From Eledone cirrhosa (lineage: Eukaryota): a stretch of 64,000 nucleotides of DNA. Under the pieces are notes generated by a model. That model ran no database searches and was not told where the DNA came from. It saw nothing but the letters and a program-made list of their open reading frames with translations. The translations under genes were made by a program, and so were the position numbers. The DNA lies in contig OZ024741.1 of the NCBI GenBank assembly GCA_964016885.1, positions 210,428,001 through 210,492,000 on the forward strand, given 5' to 3'. Positions 1-12,369 of this stretch are shown piece after piece; positions within the stretch are counted from its first letter, which is position 1; each line of letters starts with the position of its first letter.

Positions 1-1726
1 CTGATATGGCCGATCTGGGCTGTATCGGCGATGTTACTCCCCATTACACCTTATCGGACATAACGTTTGGCGCCCCTGATGTCCTGGCGGCAATAAAGGA
101 AATCAAGCATAATTCAGCAGTAGGTCCCGATAGGTTCCCTGCTTGTGTCTTGAAGGCGTGTCAACACCAACTTGCTTCTCCTCTTGCCAATCTGTGGCGG
201 AACTCACTGGATGCTGGATATGTGCCAGAAAACCTTCTATCCCAGTCTGTTGTCCCAGTTTTCAAAAAGGGAAACAAATCCCTTGCCGTGAATTACCGTC
301 CAATCTCACTCACCTCTCATATCATTAAGGTATTTGAGCAAGTGGTGAGATCGCGAATGACCCACTTCCTTGAGAGTAACAATATGCTGAACTCCAACCA
401 GCATGGATTCCGTAATGGAAGGGATTGCCTGACGCAACTACTGCATCACTTTGATGACATTTTGAGAGCCTTGGGAGAGGGTTCCAACACTGATGTTATC
501 TACCTTGATTTCAGCAAGGCCTTTGACAGGGTTGATCATAACATTCTACTGAGAAAGCTGTCCAATATTGGTGTCACTGGAAAGCTGCTGCAGTGGATCA
601 AGAGCTTCCTGTCAAACAGAACCCAACATGTTGTAGTTGAGGGAGTCAAATCAAGCCCAGCCAAAGTCAGTAGTGGAGTCCCACAAGGCACTGTGTTGGG
701 CCCACTTCTCTTCATCATCTATATTAATGACATCACTGACATCATCAAACACAGCAACATTAAAATTTTCGCTGATGATTCCAAGCTCCAAAAGGTCATC
801 AATGGCGTGGATGACCGGATAAGCCTTCAGTCAGACCTACTGGCTGTTACCCAATGGGCAGAAAAGAACATGTTACTGAACGAAGACAAATTCGAACTGA
901 TCCACTTTGGAAAAGAGGATGCTCTGAAACTCCCGTACTCCCTTCCATCCGGGGAAACTCTCGTGGCATCTAACAACATCAGAGACTTGGGAGTAACCGT
1001 GGACAGCAACATAAGCTGGGCCACGCATATAAGCAGCAAAGTTGACATGGCCCGCAGAATGTGTTCCTGGATCCTCAGAACCTTCCAGTCGAGAGATTCC
1101 CGCACCATTATCCTTCTCTTCTCTACTTTCGCCCGACCTCACCTTGAATACTGTTGTCCACTGTGGTCTCCCCACACGAAACAAAGTATCATGAAACTTG
1201 AAGCTCCTCAAAGGGCAATCACGAAAAAGATAGATGGCATGTCAGACCTTGACTACTGGGGTCGATTGGAAAACCTGAAACTTTACTCACTCCAACGTCG
1301 CCGTGAGCGTTATATTATCTGCATGATGTGGAAAATGTTCCATCATCACTGCCCAAATGATGTTGGCATCGCCTTCAAGATACACCCAAGGCTTGGGCCC
1401 CGTGCTATCCGTCCCATTCAAAAATCTAAATCGCAACTCATAACAACAATACGGCACAATTATTTCACCTCAATCGGCCCTGCTCTCTTCAACATCACAC
1501 CAGGACACGTCAAAACAGAAACTGACCACACAAAATTCAAGAAGTCTTTGGACAAATTCCTCCAAGTAATCCCGGACAAACCACCCACACCCGGATATGT
1601 CTCCGCAAACAGTAATTCTCTTCTCGAATGGGCCATGGTGCCCAAATCCTGAATTGAAAGACTTCGCCAGGTGGTGCTATTAAGTTAGACATGGCCTGGG
1701 CCAATACTGGCCAAAACATTTCAAAG

Positions 1727-1727
<1 letters not shown>
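1..1727 (+). mobile_element. Non-LTR retrotransposon (CR1/L2-group LINE), 3' part; runs off the window start
   Basis: RT ORF 6..1652 is followed by a ~75-nt 3'UTR with a small hairpin (ggcca-atac-tggcc, ~1699-1712) that ends directly in (TA)n at 1728. Confidence 0.85.
6..1652 (+). CDS. LINE ORF2 reverse transcriptase and C-terminal domain (partial)
   Basis: Motifs GPD, NYRPISLTS, QHGFR, YLDFSKAFDRVDH, GVPQGTVLGPLLF, FADD, RDLGV, RPHLEYCCPLWSP and LYSLQRRRER are typical of CR1/L2-group ORF2. No stops over 548 aa. Confidence 0.9.
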   Translation: MADLGCIGDVTPHYTLSDITFGAPDVLAAIKEIKHNSAVGPDRFPACVLKACQHQLASPLANLWRNSLDAGYVPENLLSQSVVPVFKKGNKSLAVNYRPISLTSHIIKVFEQVVRSRMTHFLESNNMLNSNQHGFRNGRDCLTQLLHHFDDILRALGEGSNTDVIYLDFSKAFDRVDHNILLRKLSNIGVTGKLLQWIKSFLSNRTQHVVVEGVKSSPAKVSSGVPQGTVLGPLLFIIYINDITDIIKHSNIKIFADDSKLQKVINGVDDRISLQSDLLAVTQWAEKNMLLNEDKFELIHFGKEDALKLPYSLPSGETLVASNNIRDLGVTVDSNISWATHISSKVDMARRMCSWILRTFQSRDSRTIILLFSTFARPHLEYCCPLWSPHTKQSIMKLEAPQRAITKKIDGMSDLDYWGRLENLKLYSLQRRRERYIICMMWKMFHHHCPNDVGIAFKIHPRLGPRAIRPIQKSKSQLITTIRHNYFTSIGPALFNITPGHVKTETDHTKFKKSLDKFLQVIPDKPPTPGYVSANSNSLLEWAMVPKS

Positions 1728-2047
<320 letters not shown>

Positions 2048-2053
<6 letters not shown>

Positions 2054-3175
2054 GTAGTTTAGAAAGCCACAACAATGCAGATGGTAAATTTCGAGGTAGG
2101 AAGTGAGTGAGAAATAGGAGAAAAGTGAAAATTGAGAGAAACGAAAAGCGAAAACAGAACAAAGGTAGAAGGGTTACCGTAGTGGAGATTTAATCCCAAT
2201 ATTTCGGGCTCACGCCCATCAACGGGGAGAAAGTTCCAAAAGGGGGGGAACAGGCTACGCCGGAGAAAGTTGTATTGTCGTTAAAACATAGGAATGCCGT
2301 TATGGGGAAAAAATTTAAACGAGGGAAAGAATGCGCGTGCGCGTGATAGGCTGTGGCAAAAGCTACTGACCCATTGGGTTAAATCAATAGGGTGCGCTAG
2401 CGTGTGAAAGCTGTAAAGTGTGTGTGTGTAAATATATATGTGTGTGTAACTGTGTGTGTATGTTTGTATGTGTGTATGTATGTGAGTGTGTGTGTGTGAA
2501 AGATAGTGGGCCGTAGAAGCTGGAATTCAAAGGGTGTGAAAGGTGGTAGGTTGTATAAACATGTGTGCGTGTATAAATATAGATGTGTGTGTGTATGTGT
2601 ATGGGTATACATATAAGTGCGTGTGTGTGAAAGATAGTAGGCCGTAGGGGCTGTTACTGGTCACTATGTTTAGATTAGCCATGTCAGCTCATTTCTCTCA
2701 GCCCGGTTGTTAAGTGGAGGTCTGAGGTTCTTAATAACAAGTGCTTCCTTTATCCTTAAGGATCCGATGCTGCGTTCAGTCGCTAGGACTGTGACCAAGG
2801 GTCTGCCCTGTGGGTTTCCGCATTTAAGGATGTGTTTACGGAAGGAAGATGCGTTGGTGTTGACATGTTCCTTGATACGAACATGTAGGGGTCGGATGGT
2901 GCTACCTATGTAAAACTTGTTACATTTATCGCATTGAATCTTACATACGACATAGGTGCGTAGGCAATCTGCCCCCCGCCCCCCACGTATCGGGCAGTTG
3001 CTGAGGGAACACGTCCCATCTGACTCGTCGGGTTTGGTGGAGAGGCATCTTCGGAGCGAAGGTTCTGTGTGGGCCAAATGTATGTCAAGTCCCTCCCTCC
3101 GTATTGTCCTGCGGATGGCGTTCGTGGTATATTCACTCAGGTGAGGGATTTTAAAGAAGCACTTGTTTTTATACG
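2048..3175 (-). mobile_element. 5'-truncated Penelope-like element (GIY-YIG endonuclease end plus 3' region)
   Basis: Minus ORF ending at 2670 has [34 protein letters not shown], the CCHH-type PLE GIY-YIG. It is flanked by (TA)n on both sides. Confidence 0.85.
2670..3175 (-). pseudogene. PLE RT-thumb/linker plus GIY-YIG endonuclease fragment
   Basis: Real coding portion of ORF 2670..3311. The N-terminal YI repeat is translated microsatellite. Confidence 0.8.
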
Positions 3176-3337
<162 letters not shown>

Positions 3338-3340
3338 TAA

Positions 3341-3471
3341 GTTTAATATAGAAATAGTTTCTACAGGACTAGAAGTGTTTCTTTTCAAAGAAATCAGCAG
3401 GAAAGGGCTTTCCTGATGATTTCTTTTGCATTAAATTGTTCTCGTTCGGAAGAAGCCATTTCTATATTAAA
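3341..3471. mobile_element. Short fold-back / MITE-like element
   Basis: Terminal inverted repeat tttaatatagaaatagtttct / agaagccatttctatattaaa, and inner hairpin aaagaaatcagcaggaaa-gggc-tttcctgatgatttcttt. Related copies lie at 11195-11387. Confidence 0.6.
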
Positions 3472-3556
3472 ATATTAAACGTGATGTTTCCACTCTACAA
3501 TGTATTGAGTACTTTACTAATTGTGGAACCCCCGATTGAACCCGGGTCTCACATAT

Positions 3557-3588
<32 letters not shown>

Positions 3589-3701
3589 CACATATATATA
3601 TATATGTATATATAATGTGTAGATTCTCGAGTTGTGTTGGGGGGTTACAGTTACGAAAGTTACTCAATACATTGGTTGTGTATAGACATCTTTATTTTAT
3701 A

Positions 3702-4642
3702 CTAGCAGTAAAGCCCGGCGTTGCTCGGGGTCGCTCAGTAGCTGTGTTAAAGTTACAATGTTAAGTTTCTTTTTTGGCTTAAAAACTGTAGTGTCTACTG
3801 TGCAGACTTGCATGTGGTGTTTTTGATTAATATTCCCTCAACCAACAATATGCCTTATGAAGTTAAGAAAACATAACGATAACCCGAATGTTATAACAAA
3901 AGAGGATGCTGGGTTATTTATTAACAAAGATCGAAAATGTAAACACTGCAACGCAGAGAAAAACATTAGCGTAACCAAATTATCAGTTATGTCTGTCTGC
4001 ACGCCTATATCACCTCTCTGCACGACTGTCTGTCTGCACGCCTATATCACCTCTCTGCACGACTATCTGTCTGCACGCGTATATCACCTCTCTGCACGAC
4101 TGTCTGTCTGCACGCCTAACGAAATTTACAGATACATATATTTTAAATAAACTTATATAATTTTTGCTTTTTTTAACGAAATATTTGCTTGTTTTACATA
4201 GTCTTTAAATAGACTTGTTTTCAAGTAAAAATATTGTTTTAAAAGGCTTTTAAATGGAAATGAAGCAAAACGGAAGCTTAGTGTTCGAACTGATGAATTT
4301 TGAAGGTCAAAATTTTGCTGGCTCGACAACTGTTCGTGTATTGTGTTAATGTCATTTTAAACGCTGAGAAAGCCAGCGTAATTTTTTTTATTTTTGCACG
4401 CAGACGCTCAATGTAAACAGAACAAAGGGAAATAACTGATCACTTACGCTCAAAAATCGATACATTATATTCGATTTCGTCAGATAGGGCGGGTCAATTT
4501 GAAATATTTTTTTTCCGATGTCTTCGCTAGGGCTCAATGTACAAGTATAGCAATTTCGGTGCAATTCCGTGAGAGATTCTAAGAGGAGATGTGTGCCAAA
4601 AATCGATAGACAGACAGACAACCTCAGTTTTATATATATAGA
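3702..4642 (-). mobile_element. Non-autonomous Helitron
   Basis: Minus strand starts TC (4642-4641) after an A and ends CTAG (3705-3702) before a T. A GC-rich subterminal hairpin (cccggcgttgctcggg, 3714-3729) sits just before the CTAG, and (CTGT)n lies near the 5' end. No TSD. Confidence 0.85.
3991..4117. repeat. ~37-bp tandem repeat, ~3.4 copies, inside the Helitron
   Basis: Unit gtctgtctgcacgcctatatcacctctctgcacgact. Confidence 0.9.
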
Positions 4643-4687
4643 TATAGAAGTCAGTTCTACAGAACTGGAACCGTTTCATTAGTATGA

Positions 4688-4757
<70 letters not shown>

Positions 4758-4962
4758 TCATTATTATTTTTTAAATGGCGGAGGCTATAAGTTATGATAG
4801 GCTGAGATCTTCAGACGGCAAAACTTAAAAAAAGACTTAAAACCATTGAAAGTTCCACAAAAAATTCTTTAAATTAAAAAAAAAATCCCAAAACTTCTTT
4901 GAAAATAAATTTCTTATTTTGATACATATATTGGATATTTACATACCTGTGTGTGTGTGTTT

Positions 4963-5015
<53 letters not shown>

Positions 5016-5440
5016 CGGTGACTGTGTATGTGTTTGTGTGTATGTACCAAAGTTTACTAACAAGGCATTGGGTAACCTGAGATTAACCAACGTCTTGTGA
5101 GTACAAGACACTTAAACTATGTTTCACGCAGTAGAAGTGAACATGAAATCACGTGGTTGTGAAGTGAACTCTTTAATCACACAGACAAGTGGGCGTTATT
5201 TTTTTAAGGGAAGCGAGGCAGACGCTGCTACAAAGCCTTGATAACATGTGTTGAAGATCCGTCTGCACCGAATACAAGTGTTCTCATTGATTGAACAACG
5301 GAACAATCTCGAAAAATGAACGAACGACTGGCCTAGCGTTCCCCAGGCCTGGGTACCCTTAACATAGCTTTCATGGCGATTAATCCTGAATTTGGTTGTA
5401 ACCAAGTTAACCCTTTGAATCTACAGGTACAACTCTTTTT

Positions 5441-5567
5441 TTCCAGTTGATTGGACTGGAGTAAAATGAAAGAAATTGTCTTACTTGAGAACACAACGCT
5501 TCTCCGGGATTTGAAATGATCATCTTGCTATTTTGAGCGGAACACACTAACCACTAAGCCACGCGCC
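5441..5567 (-). mobile_element. Degenerate tRNA-derived SINE
   Basis: Minus strand: ggcgcgTGGCTTAGTGGttag (A box) ... atTTCAAATCccg (B-box-like), then a gttgtgttctcaagtaagaca core-like body. Confidence 0.65.
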
Positions 5568-6054
5568 TAGATCGTAATTGTTTAAATACACGGAATTCTC
5601 TTTACATCAAGTCCAAGGGAAATTACACATAAATAGTTAGCAATACATAAATCAGTTGTTTATGTTTACTAACGGCGCCCAGGGACATTAAAATTATTGT
5701 TCCATTTCTCACTAGAAAAGATAGTGTATAACTATACATCCTCTATTTAAATGTAGCTATAAACTGCATCATTTCCCCCAGTTTTATATATAATACAATG
5801 AGACGTCTCTAATTGAGTTGAAATTAGTGTTGTAATAATTATATCCTATGAGCAACACAAGGCGTATTGTTCGTAAGACAATCCTTATTGATACAGATAC
5901 AGATAAGGCTTGAAATTTGGGTTTTATGTAATTTGCCTAACATATTTGCAATCATCGTTGTTAATAAAGTAAATAAAGCGACATCTCAAAAAGAAACGGA
6001 TATTAAAAGAAAATTGCGGGATTATATTTCGTCTGAGAATTTGAAATCTATTTA

Positions 6055-6402
6055 TTTTGTATACGTGTATATTTATTATTTACACACACACACACACACA
6101 CATATATGTGTATTATATATTATATATATATATTTTATGTATATATATAAATATATATTTATTATGTATATATATATATATATATTGTATATATATATAT
6201 TATATATATATCATATATATGTTATATTTATATATTTATATAATATATTATATATATATATTATATAAATATTATATTTACATATAATGTATATATTATA
6301 AATATATATACATAAATATCATATATATATATATTTATACATAAATATCATATATATATATATATTTATTTTAAATATATATATATATATATATGTGTGT
6401 AT

Positions 6403-6434
<32 letters not shown>

Positions 6435-6630
6435 ATCTATATATTATACTATATATATATATGTAAATATATTATATTATATATATATATATATAAAAGT
6501 ATTTGCATATATAATATATGTTTATGTGTGTACAAATGAGTATGTACGTCTGGTGTGCGCGCGCACATCTGTGTGTGTGTACGTGTATGTGATTGTGTGT
6601 GTGTGTATGTGTGAATGTATGTGTGTGATT
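6055..6630. repeat. Degenerate (TA)n/(TG)n low-complexity tract
   Basis: Seen directly. Confidence 0.9.
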
Positions 6631-7202
6631 ATTCATTCTCATTCTTCACCACTTATCCTCTGTTCCCATTTATTTCTAATTTTAATTTCGCACAAATAAA
6701 ATAAGTAAATAAAAAAATAAAAAATATGGAAGTCCTGCAGTAACATAATACTCTTCAACAAATACTGTTTCCTCTCTATATTTATAACTTACGAGTATAG
6801 TTCTCTGTCTTCATCTTCCAAGCTGTTCCCTACCACTCATTTGCCTTTATTTCTCTATTTGTGTTCCATATCAATTTATCGTGCTTCAATTTTCAACAAC
6901 CTCCATTTTGGCTAGATAAGGCAAACTAACCGACTTTGAATGGCTTTCGTTTCTAAGAAAGCAAGTGAGATGTATGTAATGTACGTACTTATGTTCTTGT
7001 TTTATATTTTCACAAATGTTTGCCAATTAGAGAGATAGTCGGTTTCTAACATAGACACTTGGAATTTTCACAACATCAACTAGGTAGATATGTATGCATA
7101 TCTGCATGCATGCATGTGTAGGTATGGATGTTATTGTATGTGTGGATGTGTATGTGTGCATGTGTATATGCTTTGTATCTGTACATATGTATATGCAGTT
7201 AT

Positions 7203-7408
7203 TAGATGCAAAATATTTGGAATGTTTTACATATTTTTACTGTTCCATTAATGGATTGTACTTGTAGTTTCCTAACTAGTTGGCTTCATTCTGTTTCTGT
7301 GAAGCCCAGCTTCTCAAGATTTGTATTGAGGCAGTTACTAACATATCCCAGTGCCCCAATAATCACAGGCATAAATATGAAGGCATAATCAGGGAGGAGT
7401 ATCTGCAG
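7203..7408 (-). pseudogene. C-terminal relic of an RLE-type (R4/Dong-like) non-LTR retrotransposon
   Basis: Hand translation: LQILLPDYAFIFMPVIIGALGYVSNCLNTNLEKLGFTETE*SQLVRKLQVQSINGTVKICKTF. PVIIGALG is the typical post-endonuclease motif. One internal stop. Confidence 0.65.
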
Positions 7409-7447
7409 ATATATGTATGTATGTCAGGTCACTCTTGAGTGCTACTG

Positions 7448-7548
7448 GTAACATGTAACCCAGTACAACCTGTCGCATGGTCGGGTCGTCGGCGACTAAA
7501 CCGGCAACCCCACCAAGTTTACTTGGTGAGGAGGAGGATTTTGGACAT
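7448..7548 (+). repeat. Dispersed repeat fragment, homologous to 43347-43446 (probable RTE 5' region)
   Basis: taacatgta..cagtacaacctg..catggtcgggtcgt..gcgactaaac.ggcaaccccaccaag..tt.cttggtgaggag recurs at 43347. Confidence 0.7.
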
Positions 7549-7701
7549 ATTTGAATCTACTATGATTTAAACAACATTTACAAAAAATACATAAGTGGAA
7601 ACAAAACATTGCAATCAAATGTTTCCGGAAAAATATCTTACCTTCTCCAATAAAAAATATCTATTTTACGAAATCCAGAGACTTTCAATAATTGTTTCTA
7701 T

Positions 7702-7880
7702 ATTTGGCACAAGGCCAGCAATTATCCCAGTGTATTACTGGTACTTTATTTTATCGACCCCGTAAGGATGAAATGCAGAGTTAACCTCGGCGGGATTTGA
7801 ACTCAGACCATAAAGGGACGCAACTCTTTGCTGCAATGTATGGCATCCGACCCTCTACCGATACTGCTAATCCACCGTCT
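7702..7880 (-). mobile_element. tRNA-derived SINE with Meta-domain-like core
   Basis: Minus strand has B box gaGTTCAAATCcc, then gcatttcatccttacggggtcgataaaataaagtaccagt (MetaSINE-like core) and tail ttgctggccttgtgccaaa. The same tail occurs on + at ~17005-17076. Confidence 0.7.
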
Positions 7881-8013
7881 TTCAATAATGACCTTTGGTC
7901 TTTCACACTCACTATATATATAGTGGTGGAACACTGGAAGGTAATATCCGTAGTGGTAGAGCACTCAGTCCAAGGGACGAGTTAGGTAGAAGTGGTTACA
8001 CAACAGTTAGTTC

Positions 8014-8071
8014 ACCATACCGAGAACAATTGTTTCACCTTCGCGGATCTTCAGCTCGGGATGTGTATGGT
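8014..8071 (-). ncRNA. Minimal type I hammerhead ribozyme motif in the PLE 3' region
   Basis: CCGAG-CTGAAGA-T-CC gcgaa GG-T-GAAAC-AATT-GTT-CTCGG. Stem I is extended by accata/tatggt, and stem III is palindromic (ACAATTGT). Confidence 0.75.
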
Positions 8072-8240
8072 TATAGGAACAGTAAGGACAACCGTACGAA
8101 CGCGCATGCGCAGAAACGCGGTCACTTCACAAAGGCAATACTAGACTGCGTGCGGGGGGTGTAAGGGAGATAACTGCGAAAGTCCGGAAAGTTTTTTGGT
8201 TGAAAATAAAATTAAAAATTAAAAATGAAATTACAAAGAA

Positions 8241-10333
8241 TCAGTCCGTAGCCTTGTAGTTATGCAATAGATGTTTGCTGACGTGTGGACAACGTGTGAA
8301 AAATTCACTTCTCATGTTTAGGCAATCACTATTGCGTAATCTCTTTAGGATAGTTATTCGTTCGTCAATACATAAGCCACACGTCGGATTTCCCCTTGCG
8401 TATGGCTTGGACTTAGTGATGGCTTTCCATTGAATAGAGTACCCTATACTTGAGGCCTTGAGGGACCATACGTGGCTCGCGAGTTTCGTGGATGAACGTC
8501 TGTCCGGGTATCTGAAGGTAGATTGGTCGTTCAGGAAACGCTCCTTGAATCGGCCCTCCGCCATGCCCACATAGGATTTGACCACCTGTGGTTCATTTGG
8601 TCGGTTGGAAGTGACCACAGCTTCATAGATTACAGCTGGTGTGTTGCATTGTTGTTGAAGGGGGCAAGCTTCGGGCTTACGGAAAGAGCACCCTGGTGGG
8701 GTGTTGCTCCTAGGGCTGCTGGTGATGTGGGCCTTCATGTTCTTAGGGCAGGAGTATCCTAGTTTAACTTTGTGTCGGTTAAAGATGGAGCGGTATTTAT
8801 GACCTATGGGGAAGTGTCTATCTAAAAGGGCTAGACAATTTTTTCGTACATTGGTTTTAACGTTGAGTGAGAAGGGAGGAGAGAACCAAATAGTTTGTCT
8901 ATTGATGCGCTTACTTTTCTTAATGGTGTTGTTGCTAGTGGGAGAGTAGGTAATAGGTTGTGAGAAGCCGCTGTTAGCCAACGCCGTGTTATAGTAGGGT
9001 GCCGCCCTGCCAAAGATAGCCTTATTAGAGGAGAGGTTTGAGATTCTAGTACTGATATTCTTAACGAAGTTTCTAAAAACAGTGGAAGGGTGGCATGAGT
9101 CCTTGTGAATGTAGTTAAGTTTCTCGTTTAGCTTATGGAAGGGTCTGTGGGTGTGTGTGCGAAGGTCTAAATTAATGTCTAAGAAATCTACGCTAGAGAG
9201 GTTGGTAGCTACTGTTATCCTAAGGCCTAACTCATTGAAGGTAGAAGCTAAGTCTTTTTTAAACCGGTCGAGAACGTGACCACTTTTATGGCTCGATAAA
9301 GTCAGCCCATCGTCACGGTATATTCCCGTGTGGAAGTCCGGGAATCTAACACGTAATATGTCTAAGATAAAAAGGCCAACCAAGTCACACACGTCAGCAC
9401 TGTCAAACGATCTCATGGAGACGTCGAACAGGTCTGAAGATGTAGACTTCTTTGCCCAGGCTACTCCGTCGTTGAAGAGGAGGATTTTCCGGCAGTGAGC
9501 GATGATTTCCCTGTCTAAACCATCGACGGTGGTATACGTGGTAGCGAAGTCCAACGCTTAGTTTAACAGGGTCTCTGAGATCGACGGGTAAAAATCGACA
9601 ATGTCAAACTGTGTGAACTTCTCTTTTTTGGATTTTAAGGAGTTAAACCACTTAATTACGGAGTCGGTGTTCTCCCACTGGGGCAGGTTGGACTTGGTCC
9701 TAATGGTCTTAACTATGTTTCTAAGTATGGCCTTACTGACTAGTCCCATATCTGTACGTGCCGGATTTATTAGTCTACATGTGGGGTTAGAAGTAAAGTA
9801 TACCTTGTGAAGAACGCCTCCCGCTTAGCTAGAGATTGTAGCTTCTTATCTACCTTAAGGTCGGTGGCGAGTTCCTTGGCTTCTGTATTAATGTCGTGGT
9901 AGGCCATAGGGTTAGCTTTCTTATATTTAGAAGTAATAGCGTTATGGGCCAGGTGGCGGAAAGTGGTGTTGTCGACTTCGTAAATATTATTAGTTTTGTC
10001 GGAAAGGACGAAGGTGTTATTAGAAGACCTACATTTCTTAATATCGTTTCTTAGTTTCGTTTGAAAGGTATTAGTGTGTTTGCGAAAGGAAATGTTAGCG
10101 ACTAAGTCAAGAAGGTCCGTCTTGAAAGGAGCAAGTTCGGTTACCTTAGGAGGGTAGGCTCTCGATTTCAGGTTGGTGTTGTTTGTGCCTGTAATTTTGC
10201 CGTCGAAAGCAAGGGCTCGCCATCTTAAGCGTCTGACGACACCTTCCGCTTTTTGTAGGAGGAGCTTTTGGTAAACATGGTTGGAGGGTGTTAGAATGTT
10301 CTTCAGGGAGTAATTCAGTTCGTATAAATCCAT
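8241..10333 (-). pseudogene. PLE polyprotein (RT plus GIY-YIG), broken by a frameshift and a stop
   Basis: MDLYELNYSLKNI..RRLRWRA, SDKTNN, QFDIVDFYPSI, SFDSADVCDLVG, YRDDGL, DFLD, CPLQQQC, VIY..YVG, CGLC..LN.RSE..CPH across ORFs 9770-10333, 9558-9749 and 8241-9554. Confidence 0.9.
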
Positions 10334-11024
10334 ACTGACGTTGATGAGACGCAAAATGGTGTAGGACACGAGGATATATAGAGCGCTCTCAGGGTAGTAA
10401 GCCAAACTCGCACGTGGTGAAGAATCTGATAAAAGCCAAACTTCTACGTAGTGAGGAGAATCTGCTGACCGCTGCTGGAGACGTAGATAGTGGTGGAACA
10501 CTGGAAGGTAATATCGTATGTGGGCATGGCAGAGGGCCGATTCAAGGAGCGTTTCCTGAACCACCAGCCTACCTTCAGATACCCGGACAGACGTTCATCC
10601 ACGAAACTCGCGAGCCACGTATGGTCCCTCAAAAACTCAAGTATAGGGTACTCCATTCAATGGAAAGCCATCACTAAGTCCAAGCCATACGCAAGGGGAA
10701 ATCCGACGTGTGGCTTATGTATTGACGAACGAATAACTATCCTAAAGAGATTACGCAATAGTGATTGCCTAAACACGAGAAGTGAATTTTTCACACGTTG
10801 TCCACACGTCACCAAACATCTATTGCATAACTACAAGGCTACGGACTGATTCTTTGTAATTTTATTTTTAATTTTTTTATTTTATTTTCAACCAACAAAC
10901 TTTCCGGACTTTCGCAGTTATCTCCCTTACACCCCCCCCCCTGCACGCAGTCTAGTATTACCTGTGTGAAGTGACCGCGTTTCTGCGCATGTGCGTTCGT
11001 ACGGTTGTCCTTCCTGTTCCTATA

Positions 11025-11082
11025 ACCATACACATCCCGAGCTGAAGATCCCCGGAGGTGAAACAATTGTTCTCGGTATGGT
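11025..11082 (+). ncRNA. Hammerhead ribozyme motif, inverted pLTR copy
   Basis: accata..CCGAG-CTGAAGA-TCCccggaGGT-GAAAC-AATT-GTT-CTCGG-tatggt. Confidence 0.75.
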
Positions 11083-11104
11083 AAACTAACTGTTGTGTAA
11101 CTAC

Positions 11105-11176
<72 letters not shown>

Positions 11177-11194
11177 AATATATAAGTATAAATA

Positions 11195-11387
11195 TTTAAT
11201 ATAGAACTAGAATTGTTTAATTCGGGAGAAATCAGCAGGGAGCCCTGTAGAAGCCGTTTTTATATTAAACACACACACACACAAACACATATATATATGT
11301 GTGTGTATGTGTGTGTGTGTGTGTGTGTTTAATATAGAAATGGCTGATGAATTCTCCCGAATTAAACTATTCTAGTTCTATAATTGA
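11195..11387. mobile_element. Two inverted copies of a short TIR element around a (CA)(TA)(TG) tract
   Basis: tttaatatagaactagaattgtttaattcgggagaaatcagc (11195) is the reverse complement of gctgatgaattctcccgaattaaactattctagttctataattga (11343-11387). Same ends as 3341-3471. Confidence 0.6.
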
Positions 11388-11930
11388 TTTGACAGATGTC
11401 TTTAACTCAGTGATACCTAATATTATATGGTCAGTAGTTCGTGTGTAAGTATATAAATAAATAAATAAACAAATATATATATATATATATATATTTGTGT
11501 GTGTGTGTGTTTGCTTATGTGTCTGTGTCTATATATGTATCTTTGCATGCATGAATAAATACACTAAGCTTTAGATTTAGAAGAGTGAACAACCATTGAT
11601 TCCAGCTACTTGCACTACCGCATATTTTGGTTTCTAGTAATTTCCCGCGGAATTGGTTGACTAATGCTTTGCTTAATTGTTTTATTTATTTTAAAACAAA
11701 ATGATTCTTTCTCTTAGATTTTAGGTCTGTTTTCAAAGAAAGTATTGGCCCCCTAAAATACTACAGTGGGCCCTGCAATGCTACTGTGGGCTCTTGCAAT
11801 GCTACCGTAGACCCCCTGAGGTCCACTTGCCATTGGGCAACCTGACAACCTGGCCAGCCCGCCACTGCTCCCTGGGTACATATATATATATATACATAAA
11901 TACATACTACATACATTTATGTATACATAT

Positions 11931-11999
<69 letters not shown>

Positions 12000-12003
<4 letters not shown>

Positions 12004-12116
12004 TATATAAATAAAGATATACTCATTACATTATGGTTTGCTAACCGGAACGATCAGTTCTACCTATTGTTAATCCACACAACATAAATGGTATATATAT
12101 ATACACCATTTATGTT

Positions 12117-12173
<57 letters not shown>

Positions 12174-12260
12174 CATTTATGTTGAGCGGATTAACAATGG
12201 GTAGAACTGATCGTTCCGGTTAGCAAATCATGATGTAATGAGTATATATTTATTTATATA

Positions 12261-12270
<10 letters not shown>
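12000..12270. repeat. ~95-bp inverted repeat (MITE-like) enclosing (TA)n
   Basis: atactcattacattatggtttgctaaccggaacgatcagttctacctattgttaatcc..caacataaatggt is inverted at 12172-12270. Confidence 0.8.
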
Positions 12271-12299
<29 letters not shown>

Positions 12300-12369
12300 C
12301 CATTCTGGCAATATTACACAAATATGACCCTCCCCAAGTATAACAATATATATATATATATATATATAT

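Larger units (their letters stand above)
7921..11109 (-). mobile_element. Penelope-like element (Naiad-like by inference), full length, with an inverted 5'-truncated copy forming a pseudo-LTR
   Basis: Disrupted RT+GIY-YIG ORF. 7987-8573 is inverted at 10517-11109. A 28-bp direct repeat lies at 7921-7948 and 10488-10515. Both ends abut TA runs. Confidence 0.9.

Noticed and set aside
5441-7880. tRNA genes at A/B-box matches
   Set aside because: No complete cloverleaf. The boxes lead into SINE bodies.
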